Shown piece by piece: positions 62,133 through 64,000 of a DNA stretch of 64,000 nucleotides. Numbering within the stretch: the first letter of the stretch is position 1; each line of letters opens with the position of its first letter. The position numbers and the translations under genes were made by a program. The notes under the pieces are model-generated. The model had not been told where the DNA came from, did no database searches, and was given only the letters and a program-made list of their open reading frames with translations. The stretch is from an uncultured Pseudoalteromonas sp. (GTDB lineage Bacteria; Pseudomonadota; Gammaproteobacteria; Enterobacterales; Alteromonadaceae): positions 1,052,713 to 1,116,712 of the forward strand of contig OZ240679.1 in assembly GCA_965198975.1 (NCBI GenBank), written 5' to 3'.

Positions 62133-64000
62133 ATGACTAATAACCCGTTAATTGGCCTTGAAGGGCTTCCGCCATTTTCACAGATTAAGCCTGATCATAT
62201 TGTACCTGCATTAAAACAAGGTATAACAAATTGTAAAAATAGAATCGATGATGTACTAAAAAACAGCCCGGTAACCTGGCAGAATTTTATAGCACCATTA
62301 GAAGAAGTGGATGATCAATTGTCTCGGTTATGGTCTCCTGTATCTCATATGCATTCAGTGGTAAATTCCGAAGAATTACGGGTTGCTTATGATGAATGTT
62401 TGCCATTGATCTCCGAATATTCAACTTATGTTGGCCAGCATCAAGGTTTATATTTAGCGTATCAGGCAATTCATGATAGTGATGAATTTAAGTCGTTAAC
62501 GGTCGCACAACAAAAAGTGATCACCAATGCGTTACGTGATTTTAAATTGTCGGGTATTTCACTGGAAAAAGAAAAACAACAAAGATATGCAGAAATTACC
62601 ACGCGCTTATCTGAATTGTCGGCAAAGTTTGGTAATAACGTGATGGATGCCACGCAATCGTGGAATAAACATATTACCGACGAATCACAATTGAGTGGAT
62701 TACCTGAATCAGCTATTGGCTTAGCGGCACAAATGGCTGCGAATAAAGAATTGGAAGGTTGGCTATTCACATTAGATATACCTTCATATCTCCCTGTAAT
62801 GACTTATGCAGATAATCAACAACTACGTGAAGAAATGTATACTGCATTTGTTACCAGAGCTTCTGAGTTAGGCCCTGATGCCGGTAAGTTTGATAATTCG
62901 GAAATAATGAACGAATTGTTATCACTACGCCATGAACTGGCATTATTACTTGATTTTAAAAATTACGGCGAACATTCATTAGCCACTAAAATGGCCGAAA
63001 CACCCCAACAAGTGTTTGATTTTTTAAATGATCTAGCCAGGTTGTCAAAACCACAGGCCGAGCAGGAATTGGCCGAAGTGAAGCAGTTTGCCGCGAAAAA
63101 ATTTGAAGTTAATGAATTATCGGCCTGGGATCTGGCTTACTATGGCGAAAAATTAAAGCAGGAAAAGTATGCGATTTCAGATGAAATATTAAGGCCTTAT
63201 TTTCCGGAAAATCGTGTATTAAGCGGGTTATTTGAAACGGTCAATCGTTTATATGGTATTTCTGTAGTTGAAGTTGAAAATATTGATACCTGGCATAAAG
63301 ATGTCAGGTTTTTTGAAATATCAGATAAACAAGGCCAAAAACGAGGATCATTTTATTTAGATCTATATGCACGTGAGAATAAACGTGGTGGCGCCTGGAT
63401 GGATGATTGTATGGGAAGAAAAACACGTCTTAATGGTGAATTACAGCTTCCTGTTGCGTATCTGGTGTGTAATTTTAATCAACCTGTTGGTGACAAACCG
63501 GCCTTATTTACACATAACGAAGTAACCACATTATTTCACGAGTTTGGCCATGGTTTACATCATATGTTAACGCAAGTTGATGCAGGTGCAGTCGCTGGTA
63601 TTAATGGTGTGGCCTGGGATGCTGTTGAATTGCCTAGCCAATTTTTAGAAAACTGGTGTTATGAAGAAGAAGCACTTGCATTTATTTCTGGCCATTATGA
63701 AACCCATGAAACTTTGCCAAAAGATTTATTAGATAAATTGTTAGCCGCCAAAAACTATCATTCTGCGATGCAGATGTTACGTCAGCTTGAGTTTTCACTG
63801 TTTGATTTTCATATTCATGCTGATTTTGACCCTGCGAAAGGTGGCCAAATACAGCAAACATTAGATTCAGTGCGTAAGCAAACCGCAGTGGTCAAAGCGG
63901 TTGATTTTAACCGTTTCCAACATGGTTTTAGCCATATTTTTGCTGGTGGTTATTGTGCTGGTTATTATTCATATAAATGGGCTGAGGTGTTATCTGCAGA
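62133..64000 (+). CDS. prlC: Oligopeptidase A (M3 family), 3' end beyond the window
   Basis: Open frame from the ATG at 62133 to the window end (absent from the ORF track because it has no stop). MTNNPLIGLEGLPPFSQIKPDHIVPAL matches the OpdA N-terminus. The in-frame zinc motif HEFGH starts at 63537. Confidence 0.9.
   Translation, partial: MTNNPLIGLEGLPPFSQIKPDHIVPALKQGITNCKNRIDDVLKNSPVTWQNFIAPLEEVDDQLSRLWSPVSHMHSVVNSEELRVAYDECLPLISEYSTYVGQHQGLYLAYQAIHDSDEFKSLTVAQQKVITNALRDFKLSGISLEKEKQQRYAEITTRLSELSAKFGNNVMDATQSWNKHITDESQLSGLPESAIGLAAQMAANKELEGWLFTLDIPSYLPVMTYADNQQLREEMYTAFVTRASELGPDAGKFDNSEIMNELLSLRHELALLLDFKNYGEHSLATKMAETPQQVFDFLNDLARLSKPQAEQELAEVKQFAAKKFEVNELSAWDLAYYGEKLKQEKYAISDEILRPYFPENRVLSGLFETVNRLYGISVVEVENIDTWHKDVRFFEISDKQGQKRGSFYLDLYARENKRGGAWMDDCMGRKTRLNGELQLPVAYLVCNFNQPVGDKPALFTHNEVTTLFHEFGHGLHHMLTQVDAGAVAGINGVAWDAVELPSQFLENWCYEEEALAFISGHYETHETLPKDLLDKLLAAKNYHSAMQMLRQLEFSLFDFHIHADFDPAKGGQIQQTLDSVRKQTAVVKAVDFNRFQHGFSHIFAGGYCAGYYSYKWAEVLSA

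Noticed and set aside
62287-62770. Two minus-strand ORFs (60 and 99 aa)
   Set aside because: They lie inside the well-supported oligopeptidase A frame (62133..64000), which the track omits only because it has no stop codon in the window.

Overview
AT-rich chromosomal segment that looks like a marine gammaproteobacterium (Alteromonadales/Colwellia-like gene content; the taxon is my inference, not a search result). I see two parts. (1) 1..~25.3 kb is an accessory cell-surface island bounded by insertion-sequence wreckage. At the left, an IS1634-family end is inserted into an IS66 transposase remnant. At the right, a frameshifted IS1634-family element is inserted into an IS630 transposase remnant. 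Between them lie a signal-peptide-bearing tail-fibre-like protein with a peptidase S74 intramolecular-chaperone domain and a coupled small secreted partner; an FG-GAP/ASPIC-UnbV protein; a periplasmic DUF255 thioredoxin / DsbD-N-like fusion; a lipoprotein; a ~3,520-aa multi-repeat adhesin with a GlyGly-CTERM-like tail; and a GT4-GT2-DUF2304 trio. (2) ~25.5..64 kb is mostly core genome. It holds a membrane AraC regulator with a serine hydrolase, a TonB-dependent receptor with a TPR-sulfotransferase, a BCCT transporter, MarR, epmB-efp-epmA, GDPD/DMT, a lone tRNA-Ala(UGC), cytochrome c, an acid-sugar-type catabolic cluster, mltD, zapA, rlmJ, META/HslJ, PhnA, EAL-HDOD, an MCP, a TorF-type porin, gor and a partial prlC. 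The most unusual module is at 51.45..54.64 kb: twin TACGAA-N4-TTCGTA palindromes over a near-consensus promoter, a LytTR regulator with a degenerate receiver, a BlaI-type repressor, and a BlaR1-like M56 protease whose sensor is replaced by a TonB C-terminal domain. No CRISPR array, rRNA or prophage was seen. All calls come from reading the sequence and ORF translations; no database search was run.
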